Source: Bacteroidales bacterium (GTDB lineage: Bacteria; Bacteroidota; Bacteroidia; Bacteroidales; WCHB1-69). Taken from it: DNA of 64,000 nucleotides. A program made the translations under genes and the position numbers. This document shows positions 17,672 through 24,463 of this stretch, one piece after another. The notes beneath the pieces are model-generated. The model was not told where the DNA came from. It searched no databases and saw only the letters and a list, made by a program, of their open reading frames with translations. Position 1 is the first letter of the stretch, and each line of letters begins with the position of its first letter. The DNA lies in contig JBGUPJ010000036.1 in NCBI GenBank assembly GCA_045130235.1, positions 24,142-88,141 of the forward strand. The letters run 5' to 3'.

Positions 17672-18739
17672 TCACACCCTGCTGTACCCGCCGCTCTTCT
17701 TGCTGCCGGTGTACTGGATTGCCCCTCGTTTCTTGAGCTCAGCGAGACAGCGCTCCACGGTGCTCAGCGAGAAGTCCGTTTCGGCCATGATGTCCGCCGT
17801 GTTGCAGTTGGGATGGGCTTCGATGTAGGAAAGTACCTCCCTGACCTTCTCTTCAGCGGGCAATGCCGGTTTCCGCCTGGCGGTGGAGGAAGTGGGAGCC
17901 TCCTGGATTTTATTTTCGTCCAAAACAACCTCCCTCTGCGAAAGGACTTTAGCAATCTTTTCGGCCGCCTCTGCCTGCATTCGGGCTTCCAACGGTAAGG
18001 TAGTGGGAACCCTTTGCCACGGCATCTGCCTCATCATCACCAAGTTGTCTTTACACGAATGAATGTACCGAAACGGCACCAGCAGGTTGGTCGTGATGCG
18101 GACGAACTCCTCTTCGCCGAGCAGTTGCTCCAGATGTTTCATGGAACCCAAGCGCGTATAAGTCTTATTCTTCACCGTATGAATCGTGGTGAAATTCCGT
18201 TGCTGTTCGCAGTAAAATATGTCGTCAATGGTCAATAGCTTGATATTGCTCTCCTTGTCGGTGACATCAATTTTCCGGACTTCTTGGTAAACCACCTGCA
18301 CCTCTTTCTCCAACGATTGTCGCAACTGCTGACGCTCTCTGAACAGATAAGGGAAAAAATTCAATGCAAGGTTACGACCAATGGTAAAGTACAAAATCGT
18401 TGAAAAAAAATTATAGTAGCCGATATGCTGGATAAACTGTGGATTCAGTGAAACAATAAAGGGATATGCAATAGCAAGATCAGCCATACCAACCACAATA
18501 GCAAGGATAATCACAGCGACCCAGTATATAAAGTACGAATATTTTTTGTAAATCCTTGGATACAGCAGAAAGTAATTGGCATACAAAGAACCCAACAACA
18601 GAAGTGCGGAGAGGGCCTCTTTGAGAAAACTGCCGGCGTATGGTCGCAAAACTGAATTTTGGGTAAAGAGCCAAATTACAGTGGCACAGAACAGGATATT
18701 CAGCAAAATGATGACAATTGTTTTCAGGTATTTTTTCAT
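17672..18739 (-). CDS. membrane-anchored LytTR-domain regulator with an extra C-terminal winged-helix domain (paralog 2)
   Basis: Start trimmed to MKKYLKTIVIILLN. Same architecture as 15785-16849. The C-terminal two-thirds are near-identical at protein level (IKLLTIDDIFYCEQQRNFTTIHTV...GSKKSGGYSRV). Confidence 0.7.
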   Translation of the reverse strand: MKKYLKTIVIILLNILFCATVIWLFTQNSVLRPYAGSFLKEALSALLLLGSLYANYFLLYPRIYKKYSYFIYWVAVIILAIVVGMADLAIAYPFIVSLNPQFIQHIGYYNFFSTILYFTIGRNLALNFFPYLFRERQQLRQSLEKEVQVVYQEVRKIDVTDKESNIKLLTIDDIFYCEQQRNFTTIHTVKNKTYTRLGSMKHLEQLLGEEEFVRITTNLLVPFRYIHSCKDNLVMMRQMPWQRVPTTLPLEARMQAEAAEKIAKVLSQREVVLDENKIQEAPTSSTARRKPALPAEEKVREVLSYIEAHPNCNTADIMAETDFSLSTVERCLAELKKRGAIQYTGSKKSGGYSRV

Positions 18740-18763
18740 TGAAGCAATATTTGAATGAGGACG

Positions 18764-18771
18764 CAAAGATA
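18764..18771 (-). promoter_or_regulatory. -7 box TATCTTTG for LytTR paralog 2
   Basis: Reverse complement of CAAAGATA, 25 nt upstream of the ATG at 18739. Confidence 0.5.
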
Positions 18772-18807
18772 CTCAAATCCCTTACAACATTTTCACAAAA
18801 CACCGTT

Positions 18808-18973
18808 TTATCCCTTCACAAATCTACATTTATCCCCTCACAAACCCGTTTAAAATAAATTTTTATAATATATTGATTATTAGTATGTTATCACACCCAT
18901 ACAGAGTATTTATTTTAATCTTTATAAAAAAATTTTTCCTGTGAGGGTTCACATTTTGGGTGTGAAGGGATAA
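18808..18973. promoter_or_regulatory. mirror-symmetric repeat sites in divergent promoter region 2
   Basis: TTATCCCTTCAC (18808-18819) and TTTATCCCCTCAC (18829-18841) sit on the left. GTGAGGG (18941-18947) and GTGAAGGGATAA (18962-18973) sit on the right. 34 nt (GTGAGGGTTCACATTTTGGGTGTGAAGGGATAAA) are identical to copy 1. Confidence 0.55.
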
Positions 18974-19044
18974 ATTTTGCACAAAATGATTGTAATTTTG
19001 TTGCTGAGAATCGCAATGAAGTATATTCATCAAGAAAATAATCG

Positions 19045-19052
19045 TACCTTTG
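19045..19052 (+). promoter_or_regulatory. -7 box TACCTTTG inside a 21-nt cassette GAAAATAATCGTACCTTTGCA (19034-19054)
   Basis: 29 nt upstream of the ATG at 19081. The same 21-mer recurs at 20612-20632. A second candidate box, TAATTTTG, lies at 18993-19000. Confidence 0.5.
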
Positions 19053-19080
19053 CAGATGTTAAATTTTAAATAAAAACACT

Positions 19081-20592
19081 ATGATTACTATTAAAGCTTT
19101 TTATGATCTGCTGGATTGCGGAGAAGGTACAGTGGTTGAATTCAAAACATCGAAAGGTGGGTTTCCCAATTCGTTTTGGGCCACCTTTTCGGCATTTGCA
19201 AATACAGATGGCGGAATAATTGTGCTCGGGGTAAAAGAGAAAGGCAAACAGGCTATTGTGGATGGCTTGACAAAAGCAGAAGTCGTAGTCTTAAAAAAAC
19301 AGTTTTGGGACATGGCCCACAACAAACAGAAGGTAAGCCTACCTCTGTTGAGAGATGATGAGGCTCACGTGGAGGAGATTCCGGGCGAGGGTTGGGTGCT
19401 GGTGTGCGAAGTCCCTAGGGCGAGTTACGACCAGCGACCAATATTTCTAAATGGGCAACCCTACGGCAACACCTATAAAAGAAGACATGAAGGTGACTAT
19501 TGTTGTACCGATGACGAAGTGCGGCAGATGTTTTCAGATGCCAACCTAAAGAACAATTCTGCAGATGCACGAATTCTGAAAGGTTATTCGATGGAGGACA
19601 TTGATCTGGTAACATTACACAAATATCGGAAAGCTTACGACAATCGGCATGAAAATCATCCATGGTCTGAACTTTCAGATATGGATTTTTTGAAAAAAGT
19701 AGAGGCTTGGCGTCAAGACCGCGAAAAAGGGGAAGAGGGTTTCACAGTGGCAGGCATCATGATGTTCGGAAAGACGCAAAGCGTGACAGATCAAAGCTGT
19801 ATGCCGTGGTTCTTTCCCGACTATAGAGAACATCTGAGCATGATAGAGGGGGAGCGATGGAGCGACAGAATTTATCCTGATGGAACATGGGAGGTTAATT
19901 TGTACCAATTTTTCTCACGAGTATATCAGAAACTTTCGTTACTGTTGCCCAAACCATTTCGTTTGGCAGATGATGGCTTAACTCGTTTGGAATTTACGCC
20001 TGCCCATATTGCTATACGTGAGGCTTTGGCCAATTCTTTAATTCATGCGCAGCACAATTCAATGGGGAACATAGTGGTGGACGGTTGGATAAACCGTATC
20101 GTAATCAGCAATCCAGGGAGTATGCTGGTGAGCATTAACGAGTTCTATGAAGGACAACACAGTGTTTGTCGCAATCCACTGATTCAAAAGATGTTTGTGT
20201 TGATTGGTGTAGGAGAAAAGGCTGGGAGTGGTGCAGACGTAATAGTAAAAGGTTGGGAAAAGCAGAAATGGATGAAACCCACAATCAGGCAGTGCGAAGA
20301 GCCGGAAAGAGTGGAAATGGAACTGCGAATTGGAGTGGAAGAGAATCGTAATGGCGAATTAAATGGTCAATTAAATGGTCAATTAAATGGTCAATTAAAC
20401 GAGAGCCAAAAAGAAACGTTAGAGTTTATCAGTAAGCACGTTGGCTTTAACACAACAAAAATTGCAAAAACACTTAACAAGCCTTTTCGGACTATTGTCA
20501 AGCATATTAATGTCTTGATAGAAGCAGGATTGATAGAGCGGCGCGGAAGCAAAAAAACGGGTGGGTATTACATTGTTGAAACAAAGAATTAA
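19081..20592 (+). CDS. AlbA_2 (Schlafen-like) DNA-binding domain + ATPase-like domain + C-terminal wHTH protein ('RecG-like' putative transcriptional regulator family)
   Basis: N-terminal VEFKTSKGGFPNSFWATFSAFANTDGGIIVLGV is the AlbA_2 signature. C-terminal wHTH reads ...TIVKHINVLIEAGLIERRGSKKTGGYYIV. The linker contains NGELNGQLNGQLNGQLN. The gene is noticeably more AT-rich than the backbone genes. Confidence 0.7.
   Translation: MITIKAFYDLLDCGEGTVVEFKTSKGGFPNSFWATFSAFANTDGGIIVLGVKEKGKQAIVDGLTKAEVVVLKKQFWDMAHNKQKVSLPLLRDDEAHVEEIPGEGWVLVCEVPRASYDQRPIFLNGQPYGNTYKRRHEGDYCCTDDEVRQMFSDANLKNNSADARILKGYSMEDIDLVTLHKYRKAYDNRHENHPWSELSDMDFLKKVEAWRQDREKGEEGFTVAGIMMFGKTQSVTDQSCMPWFFPDYREHLSMIEGERWSDRIYPDGTWEVNLYQFFSRVYQKLSLLLPKPFRLADDGLTRLEFTPAHIAIREALANSLIHAQHNSMGNIVVDGWINRIVISNPGSMLVSINEFYEGQHSVCRNPLIQKMFVLIGVGEKAGSGADVIVKGWEKQKWMKPTIRQCEEPERVEMELRIGVEENRNGELNGQLNGQLNGQLNESQKETLEFISKHVGFNTTKIAKTLNKPFRTIVKHINVLIEAGLIERRGSKKTGGYYIVETKN
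20350..20397 (+). repeat. in-frame 12-bp tandem repeat x4 (AATGG(C/T)(G/C)AATTA)
   Basis: Encodes the NGEL-NGQL-NGQL-NGQL linker of the AlbA_2 protein; three units are identical. Confidence 0.9.
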
Positions 20593-20622
20593 CGGCGTTA
20601 TTGCCTTTTTAGAAAATAATCG

Positions 20623-20630
20623 TACCTTTG
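20623..20630 (+). promoter_or_regulatory. -7 box TACCTTTG inside the second copy of GAAAATAATCGTACCTTTGCA (20612-20632)
   Basis: 21 nt upstream of the ATG at 20651. The cassette is identical to the one before 19081. Confidence 0.5.
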
Positions 20631-20650
20631 CAACCAATATTTTTTCAGCC

Positions 20651-21157
20651 ATGAAACATGGGAAAGCCACCTGTAAAATTTTGAAAGAGATCCGTCGGGA
20701 TATTGCCGCCCAAAACAACATTCCGCTGGAGGAACACGAATGCACCTATGAAGGCGACTGCCGCGGCACCTGTCCGTACTGCGAATCGAAAGTACAGTAC
20801 CTGGAACGGGAGCTACAGAAGCGGAGTCTGATGGGCAAAGCGGTCATCACCACCGGCATCGTGCTTGGCGGAATGCTGATGAGCGGATGTCACTCCTCCA
20901 CACCCACTTCGCCAGAAGCACCCACACCCACCTCGTCTGAAACCATTCTCAATCATAATGAACCCCCTGAAACCTCCGACAGCATTCCTAGACAAGGCGG
21001 AATTTTTGATTATGATGACGAAGGAATTATTGAGACAGAGTGGGTATACGATAGGAATCAGGATGATATAGTTAAATGTGTATTGGGTGAAGTGGAGATA
21101 GTACCCTCCACTCCGCAGTTACCCGAGAACGACTCTGTAGTTTCCGATACCCTTTAA
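20651..21157 (+). CDS. Cys-rich single-pass membrane protein associated with a radical-SAM enzyme
   Basis: Start trimmed to MKHGKATCKILKEIRRDIAAQNNIPLEEHECTYEGDCRGTCPYCESKVQYLERELQKR (C-x5-C-x3-C-x2-C). A TM segment AVITTGIVLGGMLMSGC follows, then a Pro/Thr/Ser linker and an acidic C-terminal domain. It ends 3 nt before the radical-SAM gene. Confidence 0.6.
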   Translation: MKHGKATCKILKEIRRDIAAQNNIPLEEHECTYEGDCRGTCPYCESKVQYLERELQKRSLMGKAVITTGIVLGGMLMSGCHSSTPTSPEAPTPTSSETILNHNEPPETSDSIPRQGGIFDYDDEGIIETEWVYDRNQDDIVKCVLGEVEIVPSTPQLPENDSVVSDTL

Positions 21158-21160
21158 GCC

Positions 21161-21790
21161 ATGACCAACTCTGCACCCTTCATCGGCATTATGCGACACC
21201 GCATCGGCATCGACGGCGAGGGGGTGACTACGCTGGCGGCCTTCCACGGCTGTCCGCTGCACTGCCATTACTGTCTGAACCCCTCCTGTCTCGGTTCGGC
21301 GGAGCGGTTGCGCCGCTTGACACCGGAGGAGCTTTACGAGGAGGTGCGCATCGACCAACTCTACTTTCTGGCCACTGGCGGCGGCGTGTGCTTCGGCGGC
21401 GGCGAGCCGCTGCTGCGCCCTGATTTTATCATCCGCTTCCGCGAGTTGTGCGGTCCCGACTGGCAGCTCACCCTTGAAACCTCCCTCAACGTGCCGGAAG
21501 AAAACCTGCAAGCGGTGCTGCCTCATGTGAATGCCTTGATCGTGGACATCAAAGACCTGCATCCCGACATCTACCAGCGATACACGGGGCAGCCGATAAC
21601 ACGGCTCCTGCGGAATCTGGAACACCTCGCAGCCCACTTCCCCACCCAGCAGGTGGTGGTGCGCGTGCCGCTCATCCCCGACTACAACACCGATGACGAC
21701 CGGGCGTGGAGCGTGGAGCAGCTGCAAGCTTACGGCTTCACCCGATTCGACCGATTCACCTATCGCACAGACCTCAAAAGCACAAAGTAA
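21161..21790 (+). CDS. small radical-SAM protein of the glycyl-radical-enzyme-activase (PflA/NrdG-like) type
   Basis: GVTTLAAFHGCPLHCHYCLNP (CxxxCxxC) plus the GGGEPLL SAM-binding motif. 209 aa with no ferredoxin insert. No glycyl-radical enzyme lies adjacent. Confidence 0.75.
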   Translation: MTNSAPFIGIMRHRIGIDGEGVTTLAAFHGCPLHCHYCLNPSCLGSAERLRRLTPEELYEEVRIDQLYFLATGGGVCFGGGEPLLRPDFIIRFRELCGPDWQLTLETSLNVPEENLQAVLPHVNALIVDIKDLHPDIYQRYTGQPITRLLRNLEHLAAHFPTQQVVVRVPLIPDYNTDDDRAWSVEQLQAYGFTRFDRFTYRTDLKSTK

Positions 21791-21836
21791 ATTACCTCAA
21801 AAACGCAAAGTAAAATACCTCAAAAACACAAAATAG
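21771..21836 (+). repeat. 23-bp tandem repeat x3 spanning the radical-SAM stop codon
   Basis: ACCTCAAAAGCACAAAGTAAATT / ACCTCAAAAACGCAAAGTAAAAT / ACCTCAAAAACACAAAATAG. The first unit encodes the last codons of the gene. Confidence 0.85.
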
Positions 21837-22014
21837 TGAGGAAGGTGCAAGTCATCTGATTGAACTTAAACGTTTGATACAAGAGCATAACAAGAAAGAG
21901 GAACAAGTCCCCCTCCGTGAGCCTGATTTACTTATCATTCTGACAGGCGGACACATGGCATATACCCGGCCCGATGGAGTGAAAATCATACCCTTGGCCA
22001 CGTTGAGACAGTAG
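21814..22014 (+). pseudogene. possible 3' gene remnant (start-less open frame)
   Basis: The open frame has no Met until near its end. It reads ...EEGASHLIELKRLIQEHNKKEEQVPLREPDLLIILTGGHMAYTRPDGVKIIPLATLRQ*. It looks like the C-terminus of a longer protein. Family not recognised. Confidence 0.25.
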
Positions 22015-22074
22015 ATGAAACGAAGGGGGAATGAGAATTGAAAATTAATCCTTTCAAGTCTGATAATAATTCTT

Positions 22075-22082
22075 TATTTTTG
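22075..22082 (+). promoter_or_regulatory. -7 box TATTTTTG for the nucleoside transporter gene
   Basis: 104 nt upstream of the ATG at 22186. The long leader contains TCAAATCTT-type repeats. Confidence 0.45.
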
Positions 22083-22094
22083 CAAGCTGAAATT

Positions 22095-22156
22095 TCAAAT
22101 CTCCCAAGTCTCTCAAATCTTCAAATCTTTCAAATTTTTCAAATCCTCAAATCTTC
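22095..22156 (+). repeat. low-complexity (T)TCAAATCT repeats in a 5' leader
   Basis: TTTCAAATCTCCCAAGTCTCTCAAATCTTCAAATCTTTCAAATTTTTCAAATCCTCAAATCTTCG. The stretch is G-poor, with about 6 units. Confidence 0.8.
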
Positions 22157-22185
22157 GAATTAATAATCCATAATCTTTAATAACC

Positions 22186-23562
22186 ATGAAACTGAAAATC
22201 AGACTGATTGTGATGAACTTCCTGCAGTATGCCGTGTGGGGAGCTTACCTTACTTGTATGGGTAAGTATTTGGGCAAGTGCGGATTAGGTGGCGACATCG
22301 GATTGTTCTATGCCATGCAGGGCATTGTTTCGCTGTTCATGCCCGCCTTGATGGGCATCATTGCCGACCGCTGGATCCAGGCGCAAAAAACGCTCGGAAT
22401 CTGCCATATTTTGGCAGGAGGTGCCATGATTGCCGCTTGTTTCTACGGACTGGCGAATCCCAACCCCAACTTCATTGGGCTGTTCACCCTCTATTCCATC
22501 AGTGTGGCATTTTACATGCCCACCATCGCATTATCCAACTCGGTGGCGTATAATGCGTTGGAGAACGGTGGTTTGGACACCGTGAAAGATTTCCCGCCCA
22601 TCCGCGTGTTTGGTACCATCGGTTTCATCTGCGCCATGTGGCTGGTGGACCTCGTGCATTTCTCCGACAGTTTCTTGGCCTCCTGTCTGTCGAATCCCGC
22701 CGACTTTCTGTGGGCACAGCACGGACCAGATGAAGTCATACAGGCCTCCAACACCCCGTTCCAGTTCATGCTGAGCGGTATTTTGGGCATCCTGTTAGGA
22801 ATTTACGCTTTCACACTGCCGAAATGCGCCATCAACAAAGGAGAAAAGAAAAGTTTTGTGGAAGCTCTTGGTTTGCAAGCCTTTTCACTTTTCAAACAGA
22901 AAAAAATGGCCATCTTCTTCATCTTCTCCATGTTGTTAGGAGCGGCCTTGCAAATCACCAACGGCTTCGCCACCCCGTTCATCTCATCTTTCGCCGCTGA
23001 CCCTGCCTTTGCGGACACCTTCGGCGTGAAATACTCGGTCATCATCTACTCCATCTCACAGATTGCAGAAACCCTCTGCATCCTGCTCATCCCCTTCTTC
23101 CTCAAGCGTTTCGGTATCAAGAAGGTGATGCTGATGGCCATGATTGCATGGTTTTTCCGCTTCGGATTGTTCGGCATCGGCGACACGGGCAGCATGGTAT
23201 GGGCCATCATCCTCTCGATGATCGTATATGGCTTTGCCTTTGACTTTTACAACATCTCCGGCTCCCTGTTTGTGAATCAGGAAACCGACCCGAGCATCCG
23301 CTCGTCGGCACAGGGCTTGTTCATGATGATGACCAACGGCTTCGGCGCCACCATCGGCACGTTAGGCGCGCAGGCCATCGTCAATCGGTTCTGCGCATGG
23401 AACGAGGCGGGACTTCTCGTTAGCATTGACGGCACCGGCGGCTGGCCGGCCGTATGGTTCATCTTCGCCGGCTACTCGCTGGTCGTGGCCATCCTGTTCG
23501 CCATCTTCTTCAAGTACAAACACGAGAGAACGGAAAACGGAAAACGGAAAATTGAAAACTGA
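22186..23562 (+). CDS. MFS nucleoside:H+ symporter family transporter (NupG/XapB-like)
   Basis: MKLKIRLIVMNFLQYAVWGAYLT... N-terminus and 12-TM layout are typical of the family. The last 10 codons (TENGKRKIEN) are encoded by the heptad repeat array. Confidence 0.8.
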   Translation: MKLKIRLIVMNFLQYAVWGAYLTCMGKYLGKCGLGGDIGLFYAMQGIVSLFMPALMGIIADRWIQAQKTLGICHILAGGAMIAACFYGLANPNPNFIGLFTLYSISVAFYMPTIALSNSVAYNALENGGLDTVKDFPPIRVFGTIGFICAMWLVDLVHFSDSFLASCLSNPADFLWAQHGPDEVIQASNTPFQFMLSGILGILLGIYAFTLPKCAINKGEKKSFVEALGLQAFSLFKQKKMAIFFIFSMLLGAALQITNGFATPFISSFAADPAFADTFGVKYSVIIYSISQIAETLCILLIPFFLKRFGIKKVMLMAMIAWFFRFGLFGIGDTGSMVWAIILSMIVYGFAFDFYNISGSLFVNQETDPSIRSSAQGLFMMMTNGFGATIGTLGAQAIVNRFCAWNEAGLLVSIDGTGGWPAVWFIFAGYSLVVAILFAIFFKYKHERTENGKRKIEN

Positions 23563-23703
23563 GAATTGAGAGGTGAGAGGAAGGGAGGAAAGGATGAAGA
23601 GATTAAAGGATGAAAACTTCCCGTTCGCATTTTAGTAGAGACGCGATTCATCGCGTCTCTACAACAACAAACCACCTTCAACAAATAAATAATAAACAAC
23701 CCG
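23531..23703 (+). repeat. modular intergenic element D (heptads, ATG module, palindrome, A/C leader)
   Basis: Heptads CGGAAAA x3, TTGAAAA, CTGAGAA, TTGAGAG, GTGAGAG (23531-23579) span the transporter stop. GGATGAAGAG/GGATGAAAA follow. The palindrome GTAGAGACGCGA-TTCA-TCGCGTCTCTAC lies at 23635-23662. CAACAACAAACC...CAACAAATAAATAATAAACAAC then leads to the ung ATG. Confidence 0.85.
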
Positions 23704-24381
23704 ATGGTCAACCCTGTCATTGAAGAATCTTGGAAACGCGAGCTGGCCGACCAGTTTGCCTCCCCCTACTTTGAGGAGCTGAAGCGGTTTCTGATTGCGG
23801 AGAAACAGCAGTTTCCCGTCTATCCTCCCGGTCCGCTGATTTTCAACGCCTTCAACCTCACACCGTTCGACAAGGTGAAGGTGGTGATTCTCGGGCAGGA
23901 CCCGTACCACGAGCCGGGGCAGGCCCACGGACTCTGTTTCTCGGTGCAACCCGGCACGAAGTTCCCGCCCTCGCTGGTCAACATCTTCCAGGAGTTGCAT
24001 ACCGACATCGGGATGCCCATCCCCCTGACCGGCAACCTCGACGGCTGGGCGCGGCAGGGCGTGCTGCTGCTCAACGCCACTCTGACGGTACGGGCGCACC
24101 AGGCCGGCTCGCACCAGCGGCACGGCTGGGAAACCTTCACCGACGCCGCCATCGCCCGCCTCTCCGAAAAACGCAGCGGCATCGTGTTCCTCCTCTGGGG
24201 CTCGTACGCACAGGCCAAAATCCAACTGATCGATACCTCCAAACACTACGTGCTCACCGCCCCGCACCCGTCGCCCCTCTCCGCCTACCGCGGATTTTTC
24301 GGCTGCAAACACTTCTCCAAAACCAACCAGCTGCTCATCCAGTCCGGGCAGACTCCCATCCGCTGGGAGGAAACCACCTGA
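23704..24381 (+). CDS. ung: uracil-DNA glycosylase
   Basis: [18 protein letters not shown] and HPSPLSA motifs. Confidence 0.92.
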   Translation: MVNPVIEESWKRELADQFASPYFEELKRFLIAEKQQFPVYPPGPLIFNAFNLTPFDKVKVVILGQDPYHEPGQAHGLCFSVQPGTKFPPSLVNIFQELHTDIGMPIPLTGNLDGWARQGVLLLNATLTVRAHQAGSHQRHGWETFTDAAIARLSEKRSGIVFLLWGSYAQAKIQLIDTSKHYVLTAPHPSPLSAYRGFFGCKHFSKTNQLLIQSGQTPIRWEETT

Positions 24382-24463
24382 ACGAAATTAAAGAACCGGA
24401 AAATGTAGAGACGCAGCATGCTGCGTCTCTACTCTATACTCTTTACTTTTAACTCTTGACTAT
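24382..24463 (+). repeat. modular intergenic element F (palindrome plus low-complexity leader)
   Basis: Perfect 28-bp palindrome GTAGAGACGCAGCATGCTGCGTCTCTAC (24405-24432) followed by the ACTCTT-type repeat leader TCTATACTCTTTACTTTTAACTCTTGAC. Confidence 0.85.

Noticed and set aside
15785-22014. Calling the 15.8-22.0 kb patch a mobile genetic element or genomic island.
   Set aside because: There is no integrase, transposase, tRNA target or clear terminal repeats. The only support is a duplication, AT-richer genes, a tandem repeat and a possible gene remnant. It is reported as an accessory-looking patch rather than annotated as a mobile element.
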